From positions 12,462,001 through 12,526,000 of the forward strand of contig NC_086381.1 of assembly GCF_036588685.1 (NCBI RefSeq): a stretch of 64,000 bases of DNA, in the 5' to 3' direction. Below are positions 63,740 through 64,000 of this stretch, in pieces; positions within the stretch are counted from its first letter, which is position 1; the number at the start of each line of letters is the position of its first letter. A model generated the notes under the pieces. That model was not told the DNA's origin. It worked only from the letters and a program-made list of their open reading frames with translations, and ran no database searches. The position numbers and the translations under genes are program-made. The DNA comes from Mytilus trossulus (lineage: Eukaryota).

Positions 63740-64000
63740 GTTAGTTTCATTTTAAACATTGTGTGTTCTTTCAAACTTGACCTCATCTTCATGGTTCAGT
63801 GACCGCTTTTAGTATGAGTTTTTTATTTGACTATATTTTTTTCAATTACATGTATATAAAAAAAAAATAAGTCATTATAAATAATTTGACAAGATCTATG
63901 TGTACATCAGACAGGGATATAAACTGACCTTGACCTCATTTCATGGTTCATTGATTGGCATTAAGTTTTATGATTAGGTCTGTATTTCATTCACTAGTAT

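Noticed and set aside
63740-63744. TAG at 63742-63744 as the DNAAF1 stop codon
   Set aside because: It overlaps a plausible GTTAGT donor, and DNAAF1 proteins usually have a longer acidic tail; the gene more likely continues, though this is not proven.

Overview
This is AT-rich metazoan genomic DNA, not prokaryotic; the repeat and retrozyme families point to a bivalve such as Mytilus (inference). Host genes: three SLC26/SulP anion transporters (two close tandem paralogs on the minus strand, one divergent paralog on the plus strand), each with the whole CDS in one exon behind a 5'UTR intron, and the first nine coding exons of DNAAF1/LRRC50, which runs off the right edge. The rest is layered mobile DNA: two 5'-truncated LINEs, a deleted Ty3/Gypsy-type LTR element with nested insertions, many MITEs, foldbacks and SINE/HINE-like repeats, and at least three families of ~350-390 bp repeats carrying minimal type I hammerhead ribozymes (non-LTR retrozymes). 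Main points of interest: (1) a near-pristine retrozyme with two hammerheads exactly 350 nt apart, inside a LINE inside the probable 5'UTR intron of SLC26 copy 2 and in the gene's sense orientation; (2) a 1.9-kb TGT...ACA TIR element with a 4-bp TSD carrying an intact two-exon 140-aa ORF with a Tudor/Agenet-like pattern; (3) a remodelled anion pocket (GPFA->GT/SNA, LSR->PPR) shared by all three SLC26s. All alignments were done by eye, so repeat boundaries are approximate.
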